In this document: piece after piece, positions 1-9,300 of the stretch
Layout of the letters: each line of letters opens with the position of its first letter
Numbering within the stretch: position 1 is the stretch's first letter
NCBI RefSeq assembly: GCF_000315625.1
Contig: NW_005434473.1
Location: forward strand, 1 to 45,489
Direction of reading: 5' to 3'
DNA length: 45,489 nucleotides
Source: Guillardia theta CCMP2712
Taxonomy: Eukaryota; Protista; Cryptophyta
Position numbers and translations under genes: made by a program
The notes under the pieces: generated by a model
What the model was told of the DNA's origin: nothing
The model's database searches: none
The model's input: only the letters and a program-made list of their open reading frames with translations

Positions 1-73
1 ATCTGACTCAGATGAGAGTGAATCTGATTGAGGTGAGAGCGCGATTGAGTTGTGTGTTTGATTGATTGTGGCT

Positions 74-301
74 TTAAACCAGATTATGACTGATGCTATA
101 GATGGCTGGCTGGCATTGCCAGGGAGTCTGAATTTGAAAGTATCTGTGCTGCTGCGCCACGGAAGTCTCTTTTCTTGACATAGTTGTTAGTGAATATAAC
201 ATAGTTGTTAGTGAATATAATCCGTATATGATCCAAACAAGAATCAATAGCGCAAAGGGGCTGGCTGCCCACACAATGATTCTAATTGCAACATCACTCA
301 A
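74..301 (-). CDS. Possible small single-TM protein (copy at 14015-14242)
   Basis: Hydrophobic N-terminal stretch and a 21-bp internal duplication (YSLTTML/YSLTTMS). Non-ATG start, so uncertain. Confidence 0.3.
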   Translation of the reverse strand: MSDVAIRIIVWAASPFALLILVWIIYGLYSLTTMLYSLTTMSRKETSVAQQHRYFQIQTPWQCQPAIYSISHNLV

Positions 302-473
302 CGCCAGTACACTATGAATTCAGTTGTAATTGCCATTGATTTAAGCCATGGAAGATCATTGTTGTTGCCGCTTCAACACTTTATTTTATATACGAGACAA
401 GTCTGAAGCAAGGTGGAAAGAGTGCGGTGTGTAGAAAGATGAAACACAAGGCAGATTGAAAGAAATTTTATTG

Positions 474-1241
474 TCAAAACCTTTTAGGGATCCTCTTTAG
501 AAGGCTAGCAATCAACCTGTCCTTGTTGTGGATTTCTGCAGCGTGTTCCTGTTGCATGCTCTGGATTCGAGCTTCGTAGTGAAGCTTCATCTGTTTTTCC
601 TTGTCGAATGTTGAATGTTGAAACATCCTTCGTATCCAGGCTTGATATTCATCAACTTTTGTGTTGTGATGCAATTTTTTTGGGTTGAGTTTGATACGAA
701 AAGATTTCAACAAGTTGCGACAGAGCATATCATGATCAGCTTTGATGGAAGAGTCCAAAAAGAATGGAACGAGCTTTTTGATCGTAAAGCGGTCAAGCAA
801 CGAGAAGAGTTGAATCAAATACAATCGCCATTGAACTGTCTGACAGTTGGTGTAACGAATGGCACGATTTCGGCCCTTGGAATGCTTAGAAGTGTAATAC
901 ATATTACATTGCCAATGTGAAAAGATATGACTTTTTGCGTAATCAAGTCCCAGGAAAGGTTTGTATTCGACAAGAGCATATATCACGGAAGGGTCCAAGA
1001 AATTTGGAATGAGTTTGTTGATAGTAAAGCGGTCAAGCATGCAGAAGAGTTGGATCAGATACAATTGCCAGTCAACAGTTGGTTTGTGGATGGCATTATG
1101 AGCGTGACGTATAATAGCAGATTGAGCATTGTGGAAATACACAGGAGGTTTGTACAAAGCAACAGTATTGCATGCGTTGGAAAGAGATACTTTACGCTTC
1201 TTTGACGAGGATGGGTGGGAGTCGTTGCTGCGTTTGGGCAT
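474..1241 (-). CDS. Orphan 255-aa protein with N-terminal NLS-like KKRKV, an internal 32-aa repeat and a C-terminal coiled coil
   Basis: ATG-started ORF. Repeat TVDWQLYLIQLFCMLDRFTINKLIPNFLDPSV / TVQWRLYLIQLFSLLDRFTIKKLVPFFLDSSI. Confidence 0.7.
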   Translation of the reverse strand: MPKRSNDSHPSSSKKRKVSLSNACNTVALYKPPVYFHNAQSAIIRHAHNAIHKPTVDWQLYLIQLFCMLDRFTINKLIPNFLDPSVIYALVEYKPFLGLDYAKSHIFSHWQCNMYYTSKHSKGRNRAIRYTNCQTVQWRLYLIQLFSLLDRFTIKKLVPFFLDSSIKADHDMLCRNLLKSFRIKLNPKKLHHNTKVDEYQAWIRRMFQHSTFDKEKQMKLHYEARIQSMQQEHAAEIHNKDRLIASLLKRIPKRF

Positions 1242-1304
1242 GGCGGCGTGGCTTTTCGGGGTCCGGTGGCGCCGGCGGTGAGTTAAGTAGATGTGTGTGG
1301 GGGG

Positions 1305-2801
1305 CTAAGTACCCCCTGTTGGGAGGGTGGAGTTTATAATATGAGTTATTTGAGTACCCCCTTGAGGATAGTGAGTATGGATACTACAGGTTTGCTGCCG
1401 ACAAGTGCAGCGTCTGCCCGGAGGGGACCCAATGCCCCGAGTCGTGTGTGGCTTGATGTTCTTCTCGTGGCGCAACATTTGAGATTTTAATTTTTCGAAC
1501 TTTGTGTGACTTAGCCAGTTAGTGCTAGTGCTAGTGTTAGAGTTAGTTATTACCGTGTTGTTGGTGAATCCATAACCTGGTATACAGAGGCAATCCATGA
1601 CGGAGGTACCTGGGGTTTGACCTGGAATCAACGAGTTGTTAAAGCATCGGGTACAAACGGTGCTGTTTTGAGGGGAATAAGTTTGTGATGGGCATGGCGA
1701 GCACTGTCTGTTTTGAGGAGAGTTGCCGTCAGCACAAGGCACGGTTTCAAACGTAGAAGCAGGGCATATAGAGCAGTCGGAGCAAATCCTATTGGCAGCA
1801 CCGTCGCCATCCTGCTGACAACCCCTCGTCTCGTACTGATGCATGCTGCAGTTTGTACAGAAGATGCAGACACGGTTTTTGCTATTGAAGCACCTGCTGA
1901 ACTCATATTGGTTGGGCGTACAGCGCTCACAGTCTAGCTTGCTGTTGTTTCCAGGGCAGTAGTGCTCATCGGGACATGTAGTGCAAACAAAGCTCTCATC
2001 TGAACCATCCCAGAAATACTCAATGTTGCATTGGCAGGCTGTACGGGCAGTTTTGTTGGTACCGCTGGGGATGGCTGAGTTATTAGGACATGGTGTACAA
2101 GAGGTGCTGTCTGGTGCTGAGTATGAATCGCCTGGGCAGGCTATGCATGTGAAAGCAGTGTCGGATCCACTCTTGTAATAGCCAGCATTGCATTGGCAGG
2201 CTGTACGGGCAGTTTTGTTGGTACCGCTGGGGATGGCTGAGTTATCAGGACATGGTGTACAAGAGGTGCTGTCTGGTGCTGAGTATGAATCGCCTGGGCA
2301 GGCTATGCATGTGAAAGCAATGTCGGATCCACTCTTGTAATAGCCAGCATTGCATTGGCAGGCTGTACGGGCAGTTTTGTTGGTACCGCTGGGGATGGCT
2401 GAGTTATCAGGACATGGTGTACATGACATGTTGTTGTTCAGTGCTGAGTATGAATCACCTGCGCATGGAGAGCAGATACGGTTTTGTGCACCATTTTCAT
2501 TTGCTCTACATGCGGTGGTAACGTAGTATCCCGGGTAGCAGTCTGTACATTTAAGGCACACGGTAGCAGTTTTCCCATTCGCTAATTCTACTACACTTTG
2601 ATGATAATCCGTTATACACGTACACCAGCTACAGTATAAGCCTGGGTAAAATTCATAACCATGAATAGGGGCGTTAGAATTTGCGGGGCAACTTCCATAA
2701 CCATAAGTAGAACACCACCCATCCGACGCATAACATGAATACACTAACCCGCTGCACAATATGAATATTAGATGAAAATCATGCATGTTGTTTAATGGCA
2801 T
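1305..2801 (-). CDS. Secreted or surface Cys-rich protein with TNFR-like and GCC2/GCC3 (ephrin-receptor-like) repeats; C-terminus probably chimeric
   Basis: Signal peptide (FHLIFILCSGLVYSCYA). CxxCPxxxYS and CQCNAGYY motifs. About three near-identical 54-aa (162-bp) repeats at about 2025-2460. Confidence 0.85.
   Translation of the reverse strand: MPLNNMHDFHLIFILCSGLVYSCYASDGWCSTYGYGSCPANSNAPIHGYEFYPGLYCSWCTCITDYHQSVVELANGKTATVCLKCTDCYPGYYVTTACRANENGAQNRICSPCAGDSYSALNNNMSCTPCPDNSAIPSGTNKTARTACQCNAGYYKSGSDIAFTCIACPGDSYSAPDSTSCTPCPDNSAIPSGTNKTARTACQCNAGYYKSGSDTAFTCIACPGDSYSAPDSTSCTPCPNNSAIPSGTNKTARTACQCNIEYFWDGSDESFVCTTCPDEHYCPGNNSKLDCERCTPNQYEFSRCFNSKNRVCIFCTNCSMHQYETRGCQQDGDGAANRICSDCSICPASTFETVPCADGNSPQNRQCSPCPSQTYSPQNSTVCTRCFNNSLIPGQTPGTSVMDCLCIPGYGFTNNTVITNSNTSTSTNWLSHTKFEKLKSQMLRHEKNIKPHTTRGIGSPPGRRCTCRQQTCSIHTHYPQGGTQITHIINSTLPTGGT
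1376..1641. repeat. 266-bp direct repeat, copy 1 (copy 2 at 3030-3295)
   Basis: Identical sequence tatggatactacagg...acgagttgtta at offset 1654. Confidence 0.95.
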
Positions 2802-2885
2802 GTTAAAACATATTTATATCAGTTATTTTTTAAATATTTCTTCCCCGGGTGGGGGATACGGCATACTAGGGTGGGGAGGATGCTG

Positions 2886-3110
2886 GTACCTGAGGGCTCG
2901 TACCTCACTGCAGGGGGGTGCTCGCTGTGTGAGCCGGGGTTCTACTGCACCGGGAGGGTGAAGAGTGCATACCCGGAGCGATCCAACTCCACCTCAGGGG
3001 CTTCCTCATTGATGCAGTGTCAGTGTGACTATGGATACTACAGGTTTGCTGCCGACAAGTGCAGCGTCTGCCCGGAGGGGACCCAATGCCCCGAGTCGTG
3101 TGTGGCTTGA
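2886..3110 (+). pseudogene. Fragment of a second Cys-rich GCC2/GCC3-type gene
   Basis: PEGSYLTAGGCSLCEPGFYC...CQCDYGYYRFAADKCSVCPEGTQCP. No credible 5' part. Confidence 0.65.
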
Positions 3111-3295
3111 TGTTCTTCTCGTGGCGCAACATTTGAGATTTTAATTTTTCGAACTTTGTGTGACTTAGCCAGTTAGTGCTAGTGCTAGTGTTAGAGTTAG
3201 TTATTACCGTGTTGTTGGTGAATCCATAACCTGGTATACAGAGGCAATCCATGACGGAGGTACCTGGGGTTTGACCTGGAATCAACGAGTTGTTA
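3030..3295. repeat. 266-bp direct repeat, copy 2
   Basis: Matches 1376-1641. Confidence 0.95.
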
Positions 3296-3372
3296 GGTTT
3301 TTTGTTGGTCATAAAGATTTGGAATGTATTTAAAAGCACTGTGATCCAACAGCGCGAAGAACACGTTCAAGC

Positions 3373-4282
3373 ATGAGCGATTTGATCCCCTCGAGCCTCT
3401 ACCGCCGAGCTGAGAACAACCCACCCCGGCCAGGTTACCCCGTTTATGCCAACGAATATATAGCAACTTTGCGGCGTGCCCTGATCGAGCGACCGAATAA
3501 ACACATCTACCACCAAGCTGAGAACAGCCCACCCCAACCAGGTTACTCCGCTTATCCCAACCCATACATAGAAGAATTGCGGCGTGCCCTGATCGAGGGA
3601 CCGGAGAAACCTATACTCAGCATGATGCAAGATTCAGATTACCTTTATTCTCTGTATTTGATATCTGCGATGATGTGGGGCAGTCTAGCAACGTTCTTGG
3701 TCACGGCAATCAATCAGATCAAGCTTTTGATCTACCACATGACTTGTGAAGAGATTGATGTGGATCAACTTGATTATATCCTTCATACGACCGTTGAGAT
3801 TTTTCAATATGTCAACAATTTGGAGGATCAGTCGAAGTTCTACCCACGGGATATCCAGAACATGATAAAGAAAGACATCGTGCCAATTGGTAAAGAGTTG
3901 TCAAAAGTGATGTCTCGTGTCAAGGACAGAAGAAAAATTTTGGTCAGCATGGATTCATTGAGAAGAGTATCTTGCATCAACTAAACAACATGGAGCGGCG
4001 TCTTGTACAGATCAAAGATGAATTGACGGCCAGGTATGTCATCAGTCTATTTTCTTCATGCCTTTTCATCGTGTTAAATTTGACCCTGTGCATTTTATTC
4101 GCAGGCGACAGGCTGCGTTGGTGTTTGTACATCCAGGGAGCGGACCGATGTCGTATGGCATTCCCTCGATTGCATCCGTAAAGGCCCGATGCATTTATGA
4201 TAGCTGGGAAAATCCGCTTGGGTTACGGCAGGTGGTCACTTCAAAACATTTCGCTTCGAAAGATAATGAGTATAACCTATAA
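3373..4282 (+). CDS. Orphan gene with two 36-aa N-terminal repeats; frameshift near 3930 and probable intron about 4034-4104
   Basis: YRRAENNPPRPGY...LRRALIERP / YHQAENSPPQPGY...LRRALIEGP. Coding-like sequence continues in another frame (HQLNNMERRLVQIKDELTAR). TATTTAAA lies upstream. Confidence 0.55.
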
Positions 4283-4324
4283 ACGACAAACTGAAATAGA
4301 CATCGAAATCTAAAACAAAATTGA

Positions 4325-4435
4325 AGTCTACAGGCTATGGTATGTACCCCCATTGGGAGCATACCCACCAAGAGCGAACAAATGAATGTTTCTCTTGATG
4401 ACCCCCAATAGTCAATGACTATTGAGGGCGATGAT
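4325..4435 (-). ncRNA. Candidate Fanzor omegaRNA scaffold and element right end
   Basis: Three back-to-back stem-loops starting at the Fanzor stop codon: 4402-4428, 4369-4397, 4339-4365. The position matches known TnpB/Fanzor omegaRNAs. Confidence 0.7.
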
Positions 4436-6185
4436 ACAGAGGTCTTTGCAGGAATTCAGGTCTTCCAGGAAGTGTCCTGAAACACAGTAGAATATTCATT
4501 GCTGCATTGACATCCCGGGATACAAATGGAGACTTGAAGCATCTGGTGGAAGAACACCATTTCAATCCTCGAACAATTTTTTTCCGTGTATTATGTTTCC
4601 CTTTTTTTCGCATGGAATGTCGACGGGTAAAGTCATGCAATCTTTCTCCACAACAATTGCATTTTGCTGTTGTGAAGTATTCATCAATCTCAACAAACTT
4701 TTTGAATCGTTTTTTGCATTTTTCTTTGATCCACTTTACGGGTGCCATTTTTTCTCCTCTCCCTGTTGAATTGAATGACCCATCACCATACGCAAGCATT
4801 GGTTCTTCCTGATCCTTTGTTTGAAGAGTATTCAGAAAACGATCAACGACTCTGTTTTTGTGAATGAAGTTGTCCATTCTGAGTAGAGCCTCTCTTCGTT
4901 TGCAATGATGTTGAAAACATTGTTTTCTGACATCCAAGACAACCTTGATGTTCTGTTCAAAGACCTTTGAATTACATGTTTTCAAAGAAGCATTACTCAA
5001 TCTATTATTGATTTCCTTTATCTCTGTATTCCATTTTCTTGACCTCCGCTCATTCCTCTTCATGTGAGATTCCTGATAGTATTGGTTTCGACTGAAGCGG
5101 AATTGTTTACCTGTCCCATCTTCAATCCCACAAATCAAGACAGTTCGTCCAGGATCAATAGCAATCACTCTGTTGCTTGTGTTTTCAACATGTCGCGCTT
5201 TCTTTTTCTCGCGTTGTTCTTGTTTTTTCTGGATCACTTCTTTTTCGAAATGAAAACAAAGAGAAACCCCGTCTGTTTGGACTCGTTTCAATGTTTTTCC
5301 ATTTTTCGCATATCGGTCATATCTGAATACATCCTTCATTTGAAAAAAGTCTTCATCCATTTCAACGACTGTCAATCTAAGTCCTTTCGACATGGCCGAT
5401 AATATCTTGGCATCAATAGTGATGAAATGACTCTTGATCGTACAAATAGGGGCTAAGGAATATGTCTTGGTTTCATTTTGTTCAAGGAAGGACAATATCA
5501 TATGCTGATATCGAAGCAATTCCAATTGATGGTTTTCATACCACCAAGTATGTGCCTTGAGATGCTTCTGATTCAACAGAACAAATTGTCCTCTTTGTAA
5601 CCCCAAAACATTTCTCTGATCTTGTACAAATCGGGATACATCTTCCTGCATCAGATACCTTAGTGGTGGAAATGCCCAACCATTGATAACGCATCGGAGG
5701 TTGTGTTGAAACTCCTTCAATTCTGTCACCTTCATTTTTGGTATTTTGAGCTCTTTTATTTGTGTCTCAGTCCATTCCTCGATATATCTGATTTGCCTCG
5801 AATTGATGGTGTATGCCAGGTATGTCTTGAGATTCGTGATGTATTGTTGTATGGCATACAGTATTGCTTGCCCGTCTCCTTTGATGCGATTGATTTGATA
5901 TTCATCATAAGTTGAATGTTTTTCCTCCCAGAACGAACGTAACATGTCACGATAGTTCTGTTGCTGTTGTATCTTGTCTTCTTTACCTTTTTTCGGCTCT
6001 CTGAGCTTGTATTCTTTTCTCGTTTCAGTTCCAAGAAGGAAACACTTGTAGAAGAATGACTGATCATTCAATTCTGGAGTATACTTTCGTTCAAGGCACC
6101 AAAGCAAAAAATGGTTGAAAATGAGACTACCACGATGCATGATTTGACTGATATGCTTGACCCATTCGTCGATGACAGGGAACAA
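4419..6185 (-). CDS. Fanzor1 (eukaryotic TnpB-like RNA-guided RuvC nuclease); 5' end truncated or on a missing exon
   Basis: RuvC-I VIAIDPG; YGDGSF; RuvC-II VEIDEYFTT; Zn ribbon CNCC...CSSTRC; RuvC-III SRDVNAAMNI. Also QTDGVSLCFHF and an N-terminal helix (IDEWVKHISQIMHRGSLIFN) typical of Fanzor1. An in-frame stop lies 7 codons upstream of the TTG start. Confidence 0.92.
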   Translation of the reverse strand: MFPVIDEWVKHISQIMHRGSLIFNHFLLWCLERKYTPELNDQSFFYKCFLLGTETRKEYKLREPKKGKEDKIQQQQNYRDMLRSFWEEKHSTYDEYQINRIKGDGQAILYAIQQYITNLKTYLAYTINSRQIRYIEEWTETQIKELKIPKMKVTELKEFQHNLRCVINGWAFPPLRYLMQEDVSRFVQDQRNVLGLQRGQFVLLNQKHLKAHTWWYENHQLELLRYQHMILSFLEQNETKTYSLAPICTIKSHFITIDAKILSAMSKGLRLTVVEMDEDFFQMKDVFRYDRYAKNGKTLKRVQTDGVSLCFHFEKEVIQKKQEQREKKKARHVENTSNRVIAIDPGRTVLICGIEDGTGKQFRFSRNQYYQESHMKRNERRSRKWNTEIKEINNRLSNASLKTCNSKVFEQNIKVVLDVRKQCFQHHCKRREALLRMDNFIHKNRVVDRFLNTLQTKDQEEPMLAYGDGSFNSTGRGEKMAPVKWIKEKCKKRFKKFVEIDEYFTTAKCNCCGERLHDFTRRHSMRKKGKHNTRKKIVRGLKWCSSTRCFKSPFVSRDVNAAMNILLCFRTLPGRPEFLQRPLYHRPQ

Positions 6186-6189
6186 TCTC

Positions 6190-6569
6190 TGGTGTATTTG
6201 GAGTCAGAGCAGGTGATCTTGACGCGTTTGATCAAGTCGAGAACGTTTGGGTTGAAGCACGCGGTGTTTCCACGGTGCATGTTTGTGAACGGGCAGTGGT
6301 ATGACGGGGGTGTGGTGAACAACTTCAAGGGCAAGAGGGCGGAGTGTGAGGGTAGCGGGGGTGTTCTGCCGCTGATGATTCAGAACAACTGGATTGTTGG
6401 GATCGAGAACAAGGTGAGGCGTGCGAAGCGCTGGGGCCATTGGTTTGTGAGGAACGAGAGTACGGGGAGCTGTGGTAGCGAGGCGGGGCTGAGGCAACTG
6501 TTGGATAGGATGGTGGAGTCTGTGAGGAACGGTGTTCCGGAACTAATCGCAGGGTCTCAGTCTGTCTAA
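6190..6569 (+). pseudogene. C-terminal fragment of a nucleotide-diphospho-sugar transferase (GT77-like)
   Basis: FPRCMFVNGQWY...LMIQNNWIVGIENKVRRAKRWGHWF resembles the family's F.NG and H.NW..G...K..R....G.W motifs. GC-rich host-like codons; no 5' part. Confidence 0.65.
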
Positions 6570-6977
6570 GTCCTCCTCAGCCTTCCGCCTCAGCCCCTTC
6601 CCGCCTCAGTCGCGATTTCTCTGATAAAACGTTTCTGTCAAGCAATATAAAAGATATCCCTATGAGAACGAGATGTGTGTGTGCAGTTTGATCAAGAACA
6701 GATCTTTGAGTTATTTGTGAGGTCATGCGCTTGTCCTTCATGCAATGAACGGTGTCTCTGAAGGATTGGGCTAGTCTTGACATGGCAGGGTTTTTCGATG
6801 CGGCTAATCGAAAGCAACGAAACATTTGAAACAATGTTTGTGTGTAATTTCATTTGAGTCCATAAACTTTTGAAACTTGCTTGAAATGAAAATAAGTTGA
6901 AAACGATGTCTTGCAAGTTCAAATTTAACCACTCAATTAAATTTCAAATATTGGTTTTGAAATAAAATGTGAAGGTA

Positions 6978-7463
6978 GATTTGCCTTCTTTGCTGACGTG
7001 GGGTCAAGGGGGTAGTATACAGACAAACAGGGGGTACTAGTCGGGGTATAAGATTTGCCTTCTTGGCTGACTTGGGATCAAGGGGGTAGAATACAGACAA
7101 ACAGGGGGTACTAGTCGGGGTATAGGATTTGCCTTCTTGGCTGACTTGGGATCAAGGGGGTAGAATACAGACAAACAGGGGGTACTAGTCGGGGTATAGG
7201 ATTTGCCTTCTTGGCTGACTTGGGATCAAGGGGGTAGAATACAGACAAACAGGGGGTACTAGTCGGGGTATAGGATTTGCCTTCTTGGCTGACTTGGGAT
7301 CAAGGGGGTAGTATACAGACAAACAGGGGGTACTAGTCGGGGTATAAGATTTGCCTTCTTGGCTGACGTGGGATCAAGGGGGTAGTATACAGACAAACAG
7401 GGGGTACTAGTCGGGTATAAGATTTGCCTTCTTGGCTGACGTGGGATCAAGGGGGTAGTATAT
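6978..7463. repeat. Tandem array, 74-bp unit, about 6.6 copies
   Basis: Unit gatttgccttcttggctgacttgggatcaagggggtagaatacagacaaacagggggtactagtcggggtatag starts at 6978, 7052, 7126, 7200, 7274, 7348, 7421. Confidence 0.97.
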
Positions 7464-7652
7464 AGGTCAGAGAGGGTGGGGTCAGAAGATCTAAAAATAA
7501 TAAATAATAATGACAGTTGTACCATCTACAATCTATTTTTAAAAAAAGAATTTTATTATTGTACTCTAATGATATTTTTTAAACTACCAAACATGACATT
7601 ATTATCTTTTAGATTTCTCAGCAAGGAGTGTTAAAAGAATCAAGAGCCATAC

Positions 7653-8993
7653 GTGAAGTGTCAAACCTGCAAGATGTTGTTTTGCAAGCATGCACGAGTG
7701 TTTCTGTCTGTGCTCTTCTTGGTCCTTTTTCCTGGAGAAAAGAGGAAACGGGACGAGGTGGATGATGATGATGATGACGAGCATTCCGATGCGAGTGTGA
7801 GCCAGTCAGAGAGTGAGGGATGTGACTCTTCGGATGACTTTGATGATCCTGATGACATTGAGAGTGACGAGAAGTGGTTCTCTGGAGAGAGGAAGAGAGT
7901 TGACAGCAAGGTACTGCCTGATAGTGACGAGGAGCCTGAATGGAAGTCTAAGGATAAGGCTGCGGAGAAGGCTGAGAAGTGGGCTGTTTGTCACATGGAT
8001 ATGAACTTTAGTCGAAAGCTGATGATCAAGGGATACAAAATCAAGTTCGATGACCATGATGCCTGTTATTCATCCGTTGAGAAGGATTTGCGAAGTCTTG
8101 TTGCTGATATTCCAAAAGAGACGAAGGAGAGGATTGAGGGTTCGATGACTCCGAGAATGAAAGAGACGTGGAGTTTCTTGCCTCTTGTCTGCTTGAGTTA
8201 TTTTTGGGACTGGCAAAAGGAATCTGTGAAGAGTCATGTACCTGTGGACAATCTTTGTATGAAGAGTTTGTTTCGTGCTATCTTCTTCAATTCTGAATGT
8301 GGATTCGGGAAATTTCTGATTCATTTCAACTTCCTTCCGTATCTGTTGAGTTTTCACCAGCGATGCATGGTCAATTCCGGTCTTTCTGATAGTGTCGTTT
8401 TCGATGATATGGTTCGTTTTTCGTATCGTTTGGCCGATGACGGGTATGAGTTTTTGCAAGGAAGCAGGTACCTGTGTTCATTCTTGTACGTTGAAAGGTG
8501 CTTCAATTATATCTTCAATTACAAGAAGCCTTCAATCAGCTATGATTCGTGTGTTAATTCATCGGAAGTCGATAAAGAGGTTTCATCAATGTTGTATCTT
8601 CCGACTGTAAAGGATCTTATGAATCGTGTCCGGCGGTCTGTTGTTGCTGCCAGATTTGACCAGTACTGTGGCTTGATTCTTCTTTTGCTTTCCATGCCTG
8701 GAATGTTCGAAGTTTTCCGTGAGGACTCCAATCAATTGACTTCATTTAAGCGATTTCTGAAAACTTATCTGATTGAAGGACGAAATGTTGGAGAGGATGA
8801 AGCGGTGAAGAGAGTTGACGAGATCGTTGATGACATTCTGAACAGGAGATACTCTGATCATGACTTTATCTCAGTTGCTCAAGGTCTTGTTGAACACTTG
8901 TTTATCAGACCTTTCACGCGCGGAGTGCTCTTCAAGTTGTCTTCTGCTCGCCAGTCTCGTCTCGAGGGCTTCTTGATGCAATCTGGTCCTTAG
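7653..8993 (+). CDS. Orphan protein of about 446 aa, acidic N-terminal region, KRKR NLS-like motif; true start uncertain
   Basis: Long open frame; no family recognised. Confidence 0.7.
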   Translation: MKCQTCKMLFCKHARVFLSVLFLVLFPGEKRKRDEVDDDDDDEHSDASVSQSESEGCDSSDDFDDPDDIESDEKWFSGERKRVDSKVLPDSDEEPEWKSKDKAAEKAEKWAVCHMDMNFSRKLMIKGYKIKFDDHDACYSSVEKDLRSLVADIPKETKERIEGSMTPRMKETWSFLPLVCLSYFWDWQKESVKSHVPVDNLCMKSLFRAIFFNSECGFGKFLIHFNFLPYLLSFHQRCMVNSGLSDSVVFDDMVRFSYRLADDGYEFLQGSRYLCSFLYVERCFNYIFNYKKPSISYDSCVNSSEVDKEVSSMLYLPTVKDLMNRVRRSVVAARFDQYCGLILLLLSMPGMFEVFREDSNQLTSFKRFLKTYLIEGRNVGEDEAVKRVDEIVDDILNRRYSDHDFISVAQGLVEHLFIRPFTRGVLFKLSSARQSRLEGFLMQSGP

Positions 8994-9300
8994 TTTTAGT
9001 GATTTTATCACCGTGTTATGGTAAAGATATTTTAATTTCTGGATGTCACTGGTATGCCTCACGATCACCCTAGGGTTGCTCAGATAAGTTTCAAAGTTTA
9101 AGCGAGGTTCTTGTGGCTCAAGTGCCATTCTGTAAAGACATAGAAACCATGTGGCAGGGGCATTGCGAATTACGATCCAGCTACCCAAAGGGTTAATACA
9201 TTTTATTTTCTTTGTTTTAGAATAAAACGTTTGTGAAGAATAAAACTTCTCTCCAGAATTTAATAAGGGAACCTTCCTTGGAAGGTGACCAATCCACCAA

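Larger units (their letters stand above)
1..1377. repeat. Segmental duplication, copy 1 (of about 13941-15318)
   Basis: Near-identical sequence at offset 13941. ORFs 74-301/14015-14242 and 474-1241/14415-15182 translate identically. Identity stops after ...cttgaggatagtgagta. Confidence 0.97.

Noticed and set aside
2840-2870. Hairpin + CTAG as a Helitron 3' end
   Set aside because: CTAG is followed by G rather than T, homology with the 25.7-kb copy continues past it, and no RepHel gene is visible.
4419-6185. Calling the nuclease a bacterial TnpB or Cas12
   Set aside because: Size, the TDGVS and YGDGSF motifs, the Glu placed just before the Zn ribbon and the intron-containing neighbours fit Fanzor1.
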